Positions 19,520 to 30,075 of a stretch of DNA of 60,001 nt are shown piece by piece. Source of the DNA: Sulfurovum sp. (GTDB lineage Bacteria; Campylobacterota; Campylobacteria; Campylobacterales; Sulfurovaceae); the NCBI GenBank assembly GCA_003978395.1, contig QNZV01000139.1, forward strand, positions 1 through 60,001. The letters run 5' to 3'. Each line of letters opens with the position of its first letter. The stretch's first letter is position 1. A program made the translations under genes and the position numbers. The notes under the pieces were generated by a model that saw only the letters and a list, made by a program, of their open reading frames with translations, did not search any database and was not told where the DNA came from.

Positions 19520-21475
19520 TTAGAATAAATCAAAATCATTTTCTGGGTCTGTCGCTGATTTTGTTTGTGTTGGTAGTGGCGACAAATTGGTATAGAGTTC
19601 TGTTATTATGCCATTTCGTGCATTGTAAACACCCTCTGGACGTGAAAATTTACGAGGCATATCTGGATACATCTTATGTAGACGTTTTAGGAAATAAGCA
19701 AATGCAGGAGCAGATGTTCCACCTCCTGTACCACCCCGTCCAATTGGTTTATTATTGTCTCTTCCCATCCATACAATTACTTCTGTTGTTGGAGAATATC
19801 CACAGAACCATGCATCTACATTTTTATTGGTTGTTCCTGTTTTCCCCACAACTTCAACACCTTTTACCTGAGCATTTCGTCCTGTTCCTCTTTTTACAAT
19901 ATCCCTTAGAATACTGGTCATAAGATAGGCTTGAGGAGGGGTTGTAAAATCAGTAATTTCGTTGGTTTTACTCTCATAGATAACCGTACCATTTCGCGAA
20001 AGAACCTTAGATATTAATTTTGGTTCTATCATATGTCCACCATTGGCAAAAGCAGAATATATTTGAGCCATTTTTACAGGACTAACCCCAAGGTTTCCAA
20101 GTGCAATAGACATATCTTGTGGAATCTTAGGAATGTTGAGTCGTTTAAGCTTTTCAAAAATACGGTTAACCCCAATTTCTGTAACCAAGTTAATCGTTGC
20201 AAGGTTACGTGAATGAACCAATGCCTCACGTAGTTTAATAAATCCTACAAAATCACTCTCATAGTTTTTAGGTCTCCATATTTTACGTTTTCCATGGCTG
20301 TAGTACTGAAATGTTCTGGCAACATCAGTTAGCTCTGTAGCAGGGTTGTACCCCATATCTAAAGCAATTTGATAGATAAATGGTTTAAATGCAGAACCTG
20401 GTTGACGAGTCATCATTGTGGCACGGTTAAATGCAGATTTTTTATAATTAACACCACCCACCATCGCTTTAATATTACCTGTTTTGTTCTCTACAGCAAG
20501 AATTGCACCATTTAATGTTGTCTTTTTTAGGCTCTCTCGTTGTTTTTTTACAATCTTTCTATGTGCATAATTTAGAGCTTTTTTAGCAAGTTTCTGTTGC
20601 TCCATATCAATGGTTGTGTAGATAGTATATCCACCTGTTCTAATATCTTTAAACTCTTTACGTAAACGTCTAACTACTTCATCTGTAACATATGGAGCAA
20701 TATTTTGAGTTAGGCTATCTTTGTAAATTTTTGGAGTCTCTTTTACTGCATCAATATACTCATCATGGCTAATCCAACCCAATTTATTCATTCTTGCTAG
20801 AATAGTATCAGCACGGTTTAGTGATTTCTCATAGTTTCGTGTAGGTGCATAGGTACTTGGTGCTTTCATTAATCCTGCAAGAATGGCAGACTCTTTAAGG
20901 GTTAACTGGTCTAACTCTTTTCTGTAATACCCTTTTGCAGCAGTTTTAACTCCATAGTAGCCATGACCAAAAAACATCTCATTTAAATAGCGTTCTAAAA
21001 TCTCTTCTTTTGTCAGTTCATTTTCAATTTTCATTGATAAAATGGCTTCTTTTATTTTTCGGCTATAACTTTTTTTATTGGTTAAAATAGTATTTTTGAC
21101 AAGCTGTTGTGTTAAGGTACTTCCCCCTTCTACTTTATGCCCAGCTTTAAAGTTTTTTAGTGCCGCCCGTATAATTGCATCAGGATTAACTCCATCATGT
21201 TCAAAAAATCGTGTATCTTCTATGGCAATTAATGCTTCAATAAGATACCCAGGAATCTCATCATAGTTTGCATAAAGACGGTGTTTCCCTTTGAAAACAT
21301 AGGCAATTCTTTTTCCTTTTGCATCTAAAATAACAGAAGAGGTTTGAGGGTTATAGTTAATAAGTTTATCTGCATCAAGCTTTATTTCATTGTATGCGTA
21401 GATAAATCCAGCAAATAAGGCAATAAAAAAGATAATGACCAAGACAATAGAACCTTTTATCAATCGGTTAACCAT
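19520..21475 (-). CDS. Class A penicillin-binding protein 1A
   Basis: EDTRFFEHDG, GGSTLTQQLVKN (transglycosylase); GSAFKP, SRN, KTGT (transpeptidase). Confidence 0.95.
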   Translation of the reverse strand: MVNRLIKGSIVLVIIFFIALFAGFIYAYNEIKLDADKLINYNPQTSSVILDAKGKRIAYVFKGKHRLYANYDEIPGYLIEALIAIEDTRFFEHDGVNPDAIIRAALKNFKAGHKVEGGSTLTQQLVKNTILTNKKSYSRKIKEAILSMKIENELTKEEILERYLNEMFFGHGYYGVKTAAKGYYRKELDQLTLKESAILAGLMKAPSTYAPTRNYEKSLNRADTILARMNKLGWISHDEYIDAVKETPKIYKDSLTQNIAPYVTDEVVRRLRKEFKDIRTGGYTIYTTIDMEQQKLAKKALNYAHRKIVKKQRESLKKTTLNGAILAVENKTGNIKAMVGGVNYKKSAFNRATMMTRQPGSAFKPFIYQIALDMGYNPATELTDVARTFQYYSHGKRKIWRPKNYESDFVGFIKLREALVHSRNLATINLVTEIGVNRIFEKLKRLNIPKIPQDMSIALGNLGVSPVKMAQIYSAFANGGHMIEPKLISKVLSRNGTVIYESKTNEITDFTTPPQAYLMTSILRDIVKRGTGRNAQVKGVEVVGKTGTTNKNVDAWFCGYSPTTEVIVWMGRDNNKPIGRGGTGGGTSAPAFAYFLKRLHKMYPDMPRKFSRPEGVYNARNGIITELYTNLSPLPTQTKSATDPENDFDLF

Positions 21476-21508
21476 GTACTATTTCCTTTTTTTAGAGAAT
21501 AAGAGAGA

Positions 21509-22600
21509 TTATAGCGTAATTTTAATATTTTGACAAAGTTTTAACAGATTCTGTTTTGAACTCCCAATTCTAGGAATAATACGTAAAATAGCTTGATTTA
21601 CAGTGGGTTGGCGAATTGCTCCTATTAAAAACCCTTGCTCTATTAGCTCTTTTTGTTTTTGAACAGTTGATTCATTGGATGGCATTGGAAGAGCTAAAAT
21701 TAGAGAATTCATTTTTATATTAAACTGCTTTTCTATAATTTTATGTCGTTTCTCTATTTTTTTATAAAATTTTTGAGAGTTATTGGCTACATATTTAATA
21801 TTAACCAGTGCCAAAGCTGTATCAATAACAGATGGTGCAGTAGAGTAGATAATTGGTTTTCCACGATTGACTAAAAAAGATAATAGATGAGAAGAGGCTA
21901 GAATATAAGCACCATAACTCCCATAAGCTTTACCCAAAGTTCCCATTTTGATATGTCGTTGATGTGGTGTTATATTATAATACTCAAAAATACCAAGGAG
22001 ATTTTTACCGATAACTCCAGAAGAGTGAGCTTCATCTACAATTAGTAAGGCTTCATATTTATCTGCTAAATCAAATATCTCTCTATTACAAAGGTTACCA
22101 CTCATAGAGTAGACCCCCTCAACAGCAATAATTTTGCGTCCACGACCTTGATACTCTTTTAACTTTTCGTTTAAATCATTGGGGTCATTGTGTTTAAATT
22201 TTATAACTCTATCACTCAAAAGCCCTGTTGCCATCATCCCCGAAGCATGATAATCTTCATCAATAAACAGCATGTCATTTTTACGAACCAAAGCTTCTAT
22301 TAGTGCCATATTTGCTAAAAATCCAGACCCTACTATCATCCCCTCTTCAAAACCATTTAGTTTTGCCAAAGTTTCTTCAAACCGTTGATGAATCTCATGA
22401 TACCCATTAACCAACATACTCGCTTTTGGAGCATGAGCATCATACTCATCTATAAGATTTAGGGCTTTTCCAAGTTGCTTCTTGTCATTAGCTAAACCCA
22501 AATAGTCATTAGAAGCAAAATCTATTAAATCTTTATCCCATATTTGTCGTTGTCGAAAGCGATTTGCTTTTTTTAGGGCGTTTAGTTCTTTTTGGTACAT
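21509..22600 (-). CDS. bioF: 8-amino-7-oxononanoate synthase
   Basis: DFASNDYLGL, SGFLAN, VDEAHS, TLGKAYG. Confidence 0.88.
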   Translation of the reverse strand: MYQKELNALKKANRFRQRQIWDKDLIDFASNDYLGLANDKKQLGKALNLIDEYDAHAPKASMLVNGYHEIHQRFEETLAKLNGFEEGMIVGSGFLANMALIEALVRKNDMLFIDEDYHASGMMATGLLSDRVIKFKHNDPNDLNEKLKEYQGRGRKIIAVEGVYSMSGNLCNREIFDLADKYEALLIVDEAHSSGVIGKNLLGIFEYYNITPHQRHIKMGTLGKAYGSYGAYILASSHLLSFLVNRGKPIIYSTAPSVIDTALALVNIKYVANNSQKFYKKIEKRHKIIEKQFNIKMNSLILALPMPSNESTVQKQKELIEQGFLIGAIRQPTVNQAILRIIPRIGSSKQNLLKLCQNIKITL

Positions 22601-22602
22601 TG

Positions 22603-22902
22603 TTACTCTTCAATCCTCTCACTAGCTTTTTCATAAACTTTCATCTTATCACGTTTTCCAATAGCAATCAGATGAATAACAATCTCTTCCTCTAAAATCT
22701 GATAAACAATTCTATAACGCTTATGGTCAAAGTACATCTTTTTTAAGCCACTTAAATTTAGACTGTTCTTATGTCCCAAATCAATGCCAAGTTCAGGACT
22801 TGTAAGAATTTTTTTCAAAGTTTTAGTAAAAAGAAGTTGAATAGAGTGATTAAGCTTTCTTAACTCTTTTTCAGCTTCTGGATGAAATTTATAGTGATAC
22901 AT
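22603..22902 (-). CDS. RelE/ParE family type II toxin
   Basis: FHPEAEKELRKL...YRIVY..IAIGKR...VY; basic 99 aa downstream of the antitoxin. Confidence 0.88.
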   Translation of the reverse strand: MYHYKFHPEAEKELRKLNHSIQLLFTKTLKKILTSPELGIDLGHKNSLNLSGLKKMYFDHKRYRIVYQILEEEIVIHLIAIGKRDKMKVYEKASERIEE

Positions 22903-22904
22903 CG

Positions 22905-23201
22905 CTAATCCTCTAATGATAAATTCAGTCTTTTTAATACATCGTTACCATCAAGATAGTTATCTTTAGGGGTTTTCATTCGTTCACTTATTGTTTGATA
23001 CATTTCTAAATCTTCAAGTCTATTTCGAGCTACAATTAATTGTTCATACTCTTCAACAGACAAGATAATCGCATTTAATCTATTATTTTTTAAAATACCA
23101 ATTTTATTAACTATCCCATTCTTGACTTTAGAAATATACTCTCCAAACTGTTTTGAAATCTCTGTGGCTGATACAAGTTCTTGTTGTGTATAGGCTACCA
23201 T
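22905..23201 (-). CDS. Phd/YefM family antitoxin
   Basis: VSATE....F..., ILKNNR..AIILSVEEYE; acidic C-terminus. Confidence 0.85.
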   Translation of the reverse strand: MVAYTQQELVSATEISKQFGEYISKVKNGIVNKIGILKNNRLNAIILSVEEYEQLIVARNRLEDLEMYQTISERMKTPKDNYLDGNDVLKRLNLSLED

Positions 23202-23215
23202 TTAAAAATCCTTTC

Positions 23216-23249
23216 AATTATATTCTTAATTATCCGTATAATTATACCA
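23216..23249 (-). promoter_or_regulatory. TA promoter and probable operator
   Basis: Minus-strand TGGTATAAT (23241-23249); ATAATT repeated three times at 12-bp spacing (23216, 23228, 23240). Confidence 0.55.
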
Positions 23250-23254
23250 TAAAA

Positions 23255-23806
23255 TTATTTACTTAACCAAGGAATCAACGTCTCAACACTCAATCCCATA
23301 GCCGTACTCTCATACCCTTGAACTGATTTAATATACTTTTTACAAAACCCTTCAACCATACATCCTCCAGCTTTTCCATTCCATAGGTTACTCTCTAAAT
23401 AGGCTTCTAAATCTTCTTTTTCAAAAGAGTTAAAGTTATAGTAGGTTGCAGATACATCAGAGAGATAGAAATCTTTTGTTTTATAGTGCATGGCTGAAAT
23501 AATAGCCATACTAGAGCCACTTTGAAGCTCTAAGATTCTTTTTGCATCATCTATATTTTTTGGTTTTCGTAAAAGTTCGCCATTGGCTGATAAAATTACA
23601 GAGTCGGCTGTGAGTAGGGGAGTCTCTAATCCAAACTCTTTTATAGCAGACTCTAGTTTTCCTTTTGAAGCGATGTAGGCAAAATCTTTGGCTGTTTTGG
23701 TTTGGATTTGCTCTTCATCATATTGAGGAGCTTTTTGAATAAAGTTAATGTTAAATTGATTAAGAAGTAAAGCACGTGAAGAGGAGTTGGAAGCGAGGTG
23801 TATCAT
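23255..23806 (-). CDS. maf: Maf family nucleotide pyrophosphatase
   Basis: LASNSSSR..LL, ADS, KP, KAGG..VEG, AMGL. Confidence 0.92.
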   Translation of the reverse strand: MIHLASNSSSRALLLNQFNINFIQKAPQYDEEQIQTKTAKDFAYIASKGKLESAIKEFGLETPLLTADSVILSANGELLRKPKNIDDAKRILELQSGSSMAIISAMHYKTKDFYLSDVSATYYNFNSFEKEDLEAYLESNLWNGKAGGCMVEGFCKKYIKSVQGYESTAMGLSVETLIPWLSK

Positions 23807-23815
23807 AGAAGTCCT

Positions 23816-23858
23816 GTAGGGTGTGACTGGGCTACTCTAAAGTAATAACTGTCACACC
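23816..23858. repeat. GTAG-type REP with long loop
   Basis: GTAG-GGTGTGAC-(23 nt)-GTCACACC; same 5' GTAGGGTG as the 12668 element. Confidence 0.5.
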
Positions 23859-23882
23859 ACTATTAAATTTTTTGAAATTGTA

Positions 23883-24365
23883 TTAAAATCCTCTTAAAGT
23901 TACACCTAACCAAAGAGCTATTATCCCTAAAATAATATTTATAGGAAGTAACACTTTAGGAATAATAATAAGTGTAAGTTTAGCATCAGCTAATCGGTTT
24001 TTATCAAAAAAAGTTTGAGCTTTTTTTCTTGTGATATACATCCATGTAAAGTTAACTACCATAATCATCCAAATGGCTTCTTTGATATTCATGAAAATTT
24101 TATTTTCTATAGGATGTCCCAAGGACATAATAAGAGCAGTAATGAGTAAGATAATAATAAATGGTATAACGATATTAAAAAAACTACCCATAATGGCAAG
24201 TGTTCTACTTAGCTTTGTTTTTGTATCCTCTATAAGTTGTAGATTAGGGTGGACAGCTAAGCGAATAGCAATCATTCCTCCTATCCAAATAATGGCAGAT
24301 ATAACATGTAAAAATACAATGCTATGGGCATATGTTCCGAAAAATTCGACTACGGTGTGTTTCAT
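23883..24365 (-). CDS. Four-TM membrane protein (CopD-like N-terminal motif)
   Basis: FLHVISAIIWIGGM motif; four hydrophobic helices. Confidence 0.65.
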   Translation of the reverse strand: MKHTVVEFFGTYAHSIVFLHVISAIIWIGGMIAIRLAVHPNLQLIEDTKTKLSRTLAIMGSFFNIVIPFIIILLITALIMSLGHPIENKIFMNIKEAIWMIMVVNFTWMYITRKKAQTFFDKNRLADAKLTLIIIPKVLLPINIILGIIALWLGVTLRGF

Positions 24366-24498
24366 AAAGAGACTCCAATGTTTTATTATTTAAGGAAATA
24401 TAACAATATAATCTTAAATTTGTCTTTTGTGTTGTAACTGTGAAAAATATGGCTATAATTCGACCTCATAATAAAATAATTAACAGAAGGAATATAAC

Positions 24499-24921
24499 AT
24501 GGGATTTTTTGATAAATTTTCATCTAATACAGAACTAACACCAGCGATAGCACTAGCAACAAGTATGATTTACATGATGGCATCAGATGGAGAGATTGAT
24601 GATGAAGAGCTTAACTATTTGGCAGTTAAACTTTATGCAATTGGCGATGCAGAAGAGTTAATGAGTCTTTCACAAAAATACTCTAAAAAACAAGATTTAG
24701 AAGCGTTTCAAAAAGAGGCAAATGAGAAATTGACAGAAGACCAAAAGTTTACAATTTTGGCAAATTTAATTGATATATTACTTGCAGATGGTGATGCAGA
24801 CGAAGATGAGCAAAATTTATTTTTCTCTTTTGTAGAAGCATTTGGAATCAGTGAAGATGATATTCAAGTATATATTGACATTATCTCTGTTAAAAATGAT
24901 TTAGCAAGTTTTGTAGAGTAA
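24499..24921 (+). CDS. TerB-like (tellurite-resistance fold) protein
   Basis: Twin acidic motifs ASDGEIDDEE and LADGDADEDE; AGAAGG RBS; upstream TGGCTATAAT. Confidence 0.8.
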   Translation: MGFFDKFSSNTELTPAIALATSMIYMMASDGEIDDEELNYLAVKLYAIGDAEELMSLSQKYSKKQDLEAFQKEANEKLTEDQKFTILANLIDILLADGDADEDEQNLFFSFVEAFGISEDDIQVYIDIISVKNDLASFVE

Positions 24922-24940
24922 TTTTTTTCGGGTTTAAACA

Positions 24941-24966
24941 CGCCGATTCCCAATATGGAATCGACG
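24941..24966. terminator. Hairpin between convergent terB-like gene and alaS
   Basis: CGCCGATTCC-caatat-GGAATCGACG. Confidence 0.5.
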
Positions 24967-24980
24967 GCTTCAATCTCGTT

Positions 24981-27548
24981 TTATAAATTTTCTTGCAAAT
25001 AAGCTAACGCTTTTTCTTTCGCTTCCCCTATCTTAGAAGCATCTTTTCCACCTGCTTGAGCAAAGTCTGGTCTTCCACCACCTCCACCACCAAGAATAGG
25101 AGCTATTGCTTTAATCCAATTTCCTGCTTTTACATTTGTCTCTTTTGAACCACAAGCAATCAGAACTTTATCGCCTTTTTTCTGAAAGAGCATAATCGCA
25201 ACATTTGAATATCTATTTTTAGCTTCATCAATAAGCTCTTTAATATCTCCTGCTTCAACCTCTTCTACAATAGTAGTAACACCATTAATCTCAGATGCTA
25301 TCAACTCTTTTTTAGTAGAATTTAGAGCTATTTTAAGTTCTGATTTCAATGTTTTGACATCTTCTTTTAGTTTATTAATCCCTGCTATTGGATTTTGGTT
25401 TTTAAGTGCTTCTTTCACTTCATTGAGTGATGCTCTTAGGGCATGAACTTCCAAAAGAGCTGATTTACTACAGATAGCTTCTATTCGTCGAACTCCAGCA
25501 CTTACACCAGACTCTTTGGTAATCATAAATAGACCAATTTCAGAAGCATTATTCACATGCGTTCCTCCACAAAGCTCAACCGATGCATCTCCAAAGCTTA
25601 CAACTCTAACTTCATCTCCATATTTTTCGCCAAAGAGTGCCATAGCTCCTGAATTTTTAGCTTCATCAACACTCATTATTTTTGTAATTCCTGAAATATT
25701 ACGAGAGATTTTATCGTTTACCCACGCTTCAACACGCTCTAACTCTTCATTTGTCATCGCTTTAGGATGAGAAAAGTCAAAACGTAAACGTTTATCATCA
25801 TTCAAAGAACCTGCTTGTGCAATGTGGTCGCCTAAAATTTCTCTAAGTCCTGCATGGAGTAGGTGGGTTGCAGAGTGATGACGTTCAATCTCTGCTCTTC
25901 TGTTGTGAACGATTGCTTCTACTTGGTCGCATACTTTAATAGACCCTTCTACTTCTGAAAGGTTCATCTCTAGGAATTTTTTAGTATCTACTACTTTAAC
26001 TGTTGCTTTTTCATTGTTAAAATCCAATATTCCTGTATCGCCTACTTGTCCACCTGATTCAGCATAGAAAGGTGTATTACTTAAAAATACCCAACCTTTT
26101 CCATTAATCTCTTCTACTCGTTTAAAGTTTTCATCAAGTAGTGCTAAAACCGTTGCTTTACTTGAAGTTGTGCTGTAGCCTACAAACTCATTCACTCCAA
26201 AATGCTCTTTTATCTCTTTGAAATCTCCTGTAGCTGATGCTTCTCCTGTACCTTTCCATCCTGCTTTTGATTGTGCTTTTTGGGCTTCAAGTTTTTTGTT
26301 AAAAGCATCTGTATCGAGTTTAATACCTTTCTCTCTTAACATATCTTCTGTAAGGTCAAGAGGGAAACCGTAGGTATCGTTGAGTTTAAATGCCACTTCT
26401 CCATTAAACATATCGGTAGTTTTTTCAAGTTGGGTATTAAAGAGTTTAATTCCATCTTCAATGGTCTTAAAGAAACGCTCCTCTTCTAGTTTCATAGAGG
26501 TTTTAATACTCTCTGCTCTCTCTACTAGATAGTGATACTGCTTTCCCATGCTCTCTACTAGAGTATCTACCATTTTATACATAAATGGTTCACGAAGACC
26601 CAGTAGATAACCATGACGAATGGCACGTCTCATAATTCTTCTGAGTACATACCCTCGACCATCTTTATCAAAGTTAACTCCTTGTGCAAGTAGAAATGAA
26701 CATGAACGTAAATGGTCAGCTATAACACGATAGGAAGCAGAATTAGAAGCATTATAATCATACGGTATTCCCACAAGTTCAGCAATTTTATCTATGTAAG
26801 GCATAAATAGAGAGGAGTGATAGTTATTTAGTACCCCCTCTTTAATGGCTACAACACGCTCAAATCCCATACCTGTATCAATACTTGGTTTTGGAAGTGG
26901 ATGAAGTGTTCCCTCTGCATCTCTTTCATACTGCATAAATACCAAATTCCAAATCTCTAAGAAACGGTCTCCCTCTCCACCCATATAATCCTCTTCGCCT
27001 GAAAAGTGTTCTTCTCCTTGGTCATAGAAAATTTCAGAACATGGACCACAAGCACCTGTATCGCCCATTGCCCAAAAGTTCTCTTTGTCATCAAATTTTA
27101 TAATTCTATCTTTTGCAATGTGTTTTTGCCACAACTCATACGCTTCATCATCCTCTTCATGAACGGTAACCCACAGCTTATCAGTTGGTAGGTTTAGGTA
27201 CTTTTCTGAAGTAATAAACTCCCAAGCATATGCCATGACCTCTTCTTTGAAGTAATCTCCAAACGAGAAGTTACCCAACATCTCAAAAAGTGTATGGTGT
27301 CGTGCTGTGTAACCAACATTATCAAGGTCATTGTGTTTCCCACCTGCACGAATACAGGTTTGAGAACTTGTTGCACGAGGAGGGTTTGGAATTGGTGCAT
27401 CTCCTGTAAATATACTTTTGAAAGGAACCATTCCTGCATTAACAAACATTAATGTACCATCATCATCAATTGGAACTAAAGGACTACTTGCATTAAGCGT
27501 ATGTCCCTTGCTTTGAAAAAAATCTAGAAAACTTTGTCTAATATCCAT
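24981..27548 (-). CDS. alaS: Alanine--tRNA ligase
   Basis: [46 protein letters not shown]. Confidence 0.98.
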   Translation of the reverse strand: MDIRQSFLDFFQSKGHTLNASSPLVPIDDDGTLMFVNAGMVPFKSIFTGDAPIPNPPRATSSQTCIRAGGKHNDLDNVGYTARHHTLFEMLGNFSFGDYFKEEVMAYAWEFITSEKYLNLPTDKLWVTVHEEDDEAYELWQKHIAKDRIIKFDDKENFWAMGDTGACGPCSEIFYDQGEEHFSGEEDYMGGEGDRFLEIWNLVFMQYERDAEGTLHPLPKPSIDTGMGFERVVAIKEGVLNNYHSSLFMPYIDKIAELVGIPYDYNASNSASYRVIADHLRSCSFLLAQGVNFDKDGRGYVLRRIMRRAIRHGYLLGLREPFMYKMVDTLVESMGKQYHYLVERAESIKTSMKLEEERFFKTIEDGIKLFNTQLEKTTDMFNGEVAFKLNDTYGFPLDLTEDMLREKGIKLDTDAFNKKLEAQKAQSKAGWKGTGEASATGDFKEIKEHFGVNEFVGYSTTSSKATVLALLDENFKRVEEINGKGWVFLSNTPFYAESGGQVGDTGILDFNNEKATVKVVDTKKFLEMNLSEVEGSIKVCDQVEAIVHNRRAEIERHHSATHLLHAGLREILGDHIAQAGSLNDDKRLRFDFSHPKAMTNEELERVEAWVNDKISRNISGITKIMSVDEAKNSGAMALFGEKYGDEVRVVSFGDASVELCGGTHVNNASEIGLFMITKESGVSAGVRRIEAICSKSALLEVHALRASLNEVKEALKNQNPIAGINKLKEDVKTLKSELKIALNSTKKELIASEINGVTTIVEEVEAGDIKELIDEAKNRYSNVAIMLFQKKGDKVLIACGSKETNVKAGNWIKAIAPILGGGGGGRPDFAQAGGKDASKIGEAKEKALAYLQENL

Positions 27549-27698
27549 TGTAAAACCCTGTGTTATAAATTGTGGTTATTTTACCTAAAATGTGGTTAAT
27601 AGGCTATTAACTAGATTTACTTCTTTGAATCCACTCTTCTAAATGTATTGTAGTTAAAGTAAATATTAACTTTTTCAAGCATTTAATTATAAATAATA

Positions 27699-27707
27699 TG
27701 ATAGAAT
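27699..27707 (+). promoter_or_regulatory. Extended -10 promoter for the rpsP operon
   Basis: TG-A-TAGAAT with AT-rich upstream sequence. Confidence 0.55.
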
Positions 27708-27713
27708 TCGGCT

Positions 27714-27857
27714 TTCAAAGCGTTGATGAGTGTTCTCTCATTAAGAACAGTTGTCAGTGCTTGTTTGTAGTTGTGTTCAATAGACAACTCCACAGTAATG
27801 TGTTTTGGGATTAGTTACCCCACATATTGAAATTAAAAAATATTTCAAGGAATTAAT
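27714..27857 (+). ncRNA. Candidate structured 5' leader of rpsP
   Basis: Four consecutive hairpins found by eye (27718-27762, 27769-27789, 27798-27825, 27827-27848); the last overlaps the Shine-Dalgarno. Confidence 0.4.
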
Positions 27858-28085
27858 ATGACAACAATTAGACTTACAAGAATGGGTAGAAAAAAAATGC
27901 CATTTTACAGAATCGTAGTAACAGACAGCAGAAAAAGAAGAGATGGTGGTTGGATTGAATCAATTGGTCACTATAATCCAATGATTAAAGAGAATAATTT
28001 GACTGTTGATACAGAGAGATTAGATTACTGGGTTTCTGTTGGTGCTCAAATGAGTGATAGAGTTAAGAAAATTACAGGAAAATAG
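27858..28085 (+). CDS. rpsP: 30S ribosomal protein S16
   Basis: [23 protein letters not shown]. Confidence 0.98.
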   Translation: MTTIRLTRMGRKKMPFYRIVVTDSRKRRDGGWIESIGHYNPMIKENNLTVDTERLDYWVSVGAQMSDRVKKITGK

Positions 28086-28087
28086 AG

Positions 28088-28330
28088 ATGGTTGTTGATT
28101 TCGTTACTGAATATACCAAGCTTTTAGTTAATCATCCAGAAGATATTGCTGTTTCTATCAAAAATATCGAGGAGAACTATAATGAGATTACTATCATAGC
28201 TAATAGCGACGATGTAGGTAAACTTATTGGTAAAGAAGGGCGAATGATCAACTCTATTAAAACGGTAATCTCTGCGTGTAAAGCAAAGGGTGGTTCAAAT
28301 TATCGTGTTAATGTAGAATCTAAAAAATAA
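28088..28330 (+). CDS. khpA: KH-domain RNA-binding protein
   Basis: DVGKLIGKEGR; position between rpsP and rimM. Confidence 0.88.
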   Translation: MVVDFVTEYTKLLVNHPEDIAVSIKNIEENYNEITIIANSDDVGKLIGKEGRMINSIKTVISACKAKGGSNYRVNVESKK

Positions 28331-28333
28331 TAT

Positions 28334-28864
28334 ATGAATCAACCTAAACGTTTTTTTATAGCCCAAGTGGGTAAAACCCATGGACTTCATGGAGATTTAA
28401 AACTCCATATTCACACCGATTTTCCAGAACAATTTAAAGCAGGTTATAGCTTTCAGTCTAGTGCTGGATTACTTGAAATTAATGAAGTAAATCTTACTCG
28501 TGGTCTTATCTCTTTTAAGGGATATTCAGGTATTGACTATGCAAAAAAGTTAACCAATGTAAAAATTTACGCTTCATTAGAAGAGACACGAGAACGATGT
28601 GAATTAAAAGATGATGAACATTTTTGGTTTGAGATAGAAGAGTGTTCTGTAATGGAAGATGATGTTCTATTGGGAAAAATCTCACAAATGCAACGTCTTG
28701 CTGATGTGGATTATCTTTTTATAGAGACAGATGAAAAATTGGTAAAAGAGGGTTTATCGAAAACTTTTTTAGTTCCTTATATTGATAGATATATTATTAA
28801 AAAAGATATGGAAGCTAAACTCATCTTTACCAAAGACGCTAAAGAGATTTTAGAAGCTTCTTAG
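28334..28864 (+). CDS. rimM: Ribosome maturation factor
   Basis: GKTHGLHGDLK motif; operon position. Confidence 0.95.
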   Translation: MNQPKRFFIAQVGKTHGLHGDLKLHIHTDFPEQFKAGYSFQSSAGLLEINEVNLTRGLISFKGYSGIDYAKKLTNVKIYASLEETRERCELKDDEHFWFEIEECSVMEDDVLLGKISQMQRLADVDYLFIETDEKLVKEGLSKTFLVPYIDRYIIKKDMEAKLIFTKDAKEILEAS

Positions 28865-28865
28865 T

Positions 28866-29546
28866 ATGAAATTCTCTTTTGTAACTCTTTTCCCTTCTCT
28901 TATTAAAGGATATTTTTCAGACTCTATTTTAGCCAGAGCTATTGATAAAAAGCTTATAGAGGTTGAGTATCTTAATCCAAGAGATTACACACTCAATAAG
29001 CACGGAAAAGTAGATGAGCCAATGATTGGTGGAGGAGCAGGAATGTTAATGACTCCTCAACCTCTTTTTGATTCGATTAAAGCTATTAAAAGTGTTTCAG
29101 ATAAGATTCATGTAGTTGTGGCGACTCCTGTAGGTAAGCCATTTAGACAAAATGATGCAAAGCGTTTAGCACAAAAAGAGCATGTTGTTTTTGTGTCGGG
29201 GCGTTATGAAGGGATAGATGAACGTTTTATAGAAGAGGTTGCAGATGAACTCTTTTCTATTGGCGATTTTATCTTGACAGGTGGCGAATTGGCTTCGATG
29301 GTTATGTGTGATGCTATTGCACGAAATGTGAATGGTGTACTAGGAAATAGTGACTCTTTGAGTGTTGAAAGTTTTGAAGCTTCAGCATTGGAAGCACCAT
29401 CGTTTAGTAAACCTAAGATTTATAATGAAATTGGCGTTCCATCAGAATTATTAAAGGGAAATCACGCTAAAATTTCGGACTTAAAAAATGCTATGGCAAA
29501 GTGTAAAACAAAATACTTTAGACCTGATATGCATAAACAACTCTAA
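28866..29546 (+). CDS. trmD: tRNA (guanine37-N1) methyltransferase
   Basis: GGGAGM, GRYEGIDER, SIGDFILTGGE. Confidence 0.97.
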   Translation: MKFSFVTLFPSLIKGYFSDSILARAIDKKLIEVEYLNPRDYTLNKHGKVDEPMIGGGAGMLMTPQPLFDSIKAIKSVSDKIHVVVATPVGKPFRQNDAKRLAQKEHVVFVSGRYEGIDERFIEEVADELFSIGDFILTGGELASMVMCDAIARNVNGVLGNSDSLSVESFEASALEAPSFSKPKIYNEIGVPSELLKGNHAKISDLKNAMAKCKTKYFRPDMHKQL

Positions 29547-29574
29547 ATTAATAGAGTAATAATACAAAGGTAGT

Positions 29575-29937
29575 ATGATGAGAAATAAATATATTGAAAG
29601 CTTTGAGCAAGCTCAATTAGAAAATAAAAGTGTTCCTGATTTTAGAGCAGGAGATACATTGAGAATTGCTGTTAGAATTAAAGAGGGTGAAAAGACTAGA
29701 GTTCAGAACTATGAGGGTGTTTGTATCGCTCTTAGAGGTCAAGGTACAGGTCGTACAATGATGGTTAGACGAATTGGTGCTAACTCTGTTGGTGTTGAGA
29801 GAATTTTCCCTCTATATTCTGAAAGTATTGAGAGTATTACTGTTCTTAGACGAGGACGTGTTAGACGTGCTAAACTTTTCTATCTTAGAGCATTAAAAGG
29901 TAAAAAAGCTAGAATCAAAGAGCTTAGAAGAAAATAG
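29575..29937 (+). CDS. rplS: 50S ribosomal protein L19
   Basis: [25 protein letters not shown]. Confidence 0.98.
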   Translation: MMRNKYIESFEQAQLENKSVPDFRAGDTLRIAVRIKEGEKTRVQNYEGVCIALRGQGTGRTMMVRRIGANSVGVERIFPLYSESIESITVLRRGRVRRAKLFYLRALKGKKARIKELRRK

Positions 29938-29971
29938 TTTTTTCTTTCGAGTGATTTCTCGCACACTATTA

Positions 29972-30003
29972 AAGAGGGCTCTTCCCCTCTTATTTTTATT
30001 TTA
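29972..30003 (+). terminator. Intrinsic terminator of the rpsP-rplS operon
   Basis: AAGAGGG-ctcttc-CCCTCTT followed by a T-rich tail. Confidence 0.55.
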
Positions 30004-30075
30004 TTCCACTTCATTTTTATTAATCTTTTAAATACTTTGTTATAATACCCTATATTTTTCATAAGGAACTAATCT

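Noticed and set aside
24499-24921. TerB-like gene as a tellurite-resistance or defence island
   Set aside because: Solitary gene with no other ter or defence genes nearby
27665-27679. ATTAACTTTTTC shared with about 56333 as an inversion breakpoint repeat
   Set aside because: Direct rather than inverted orientation, short and AT-rich; likely chance
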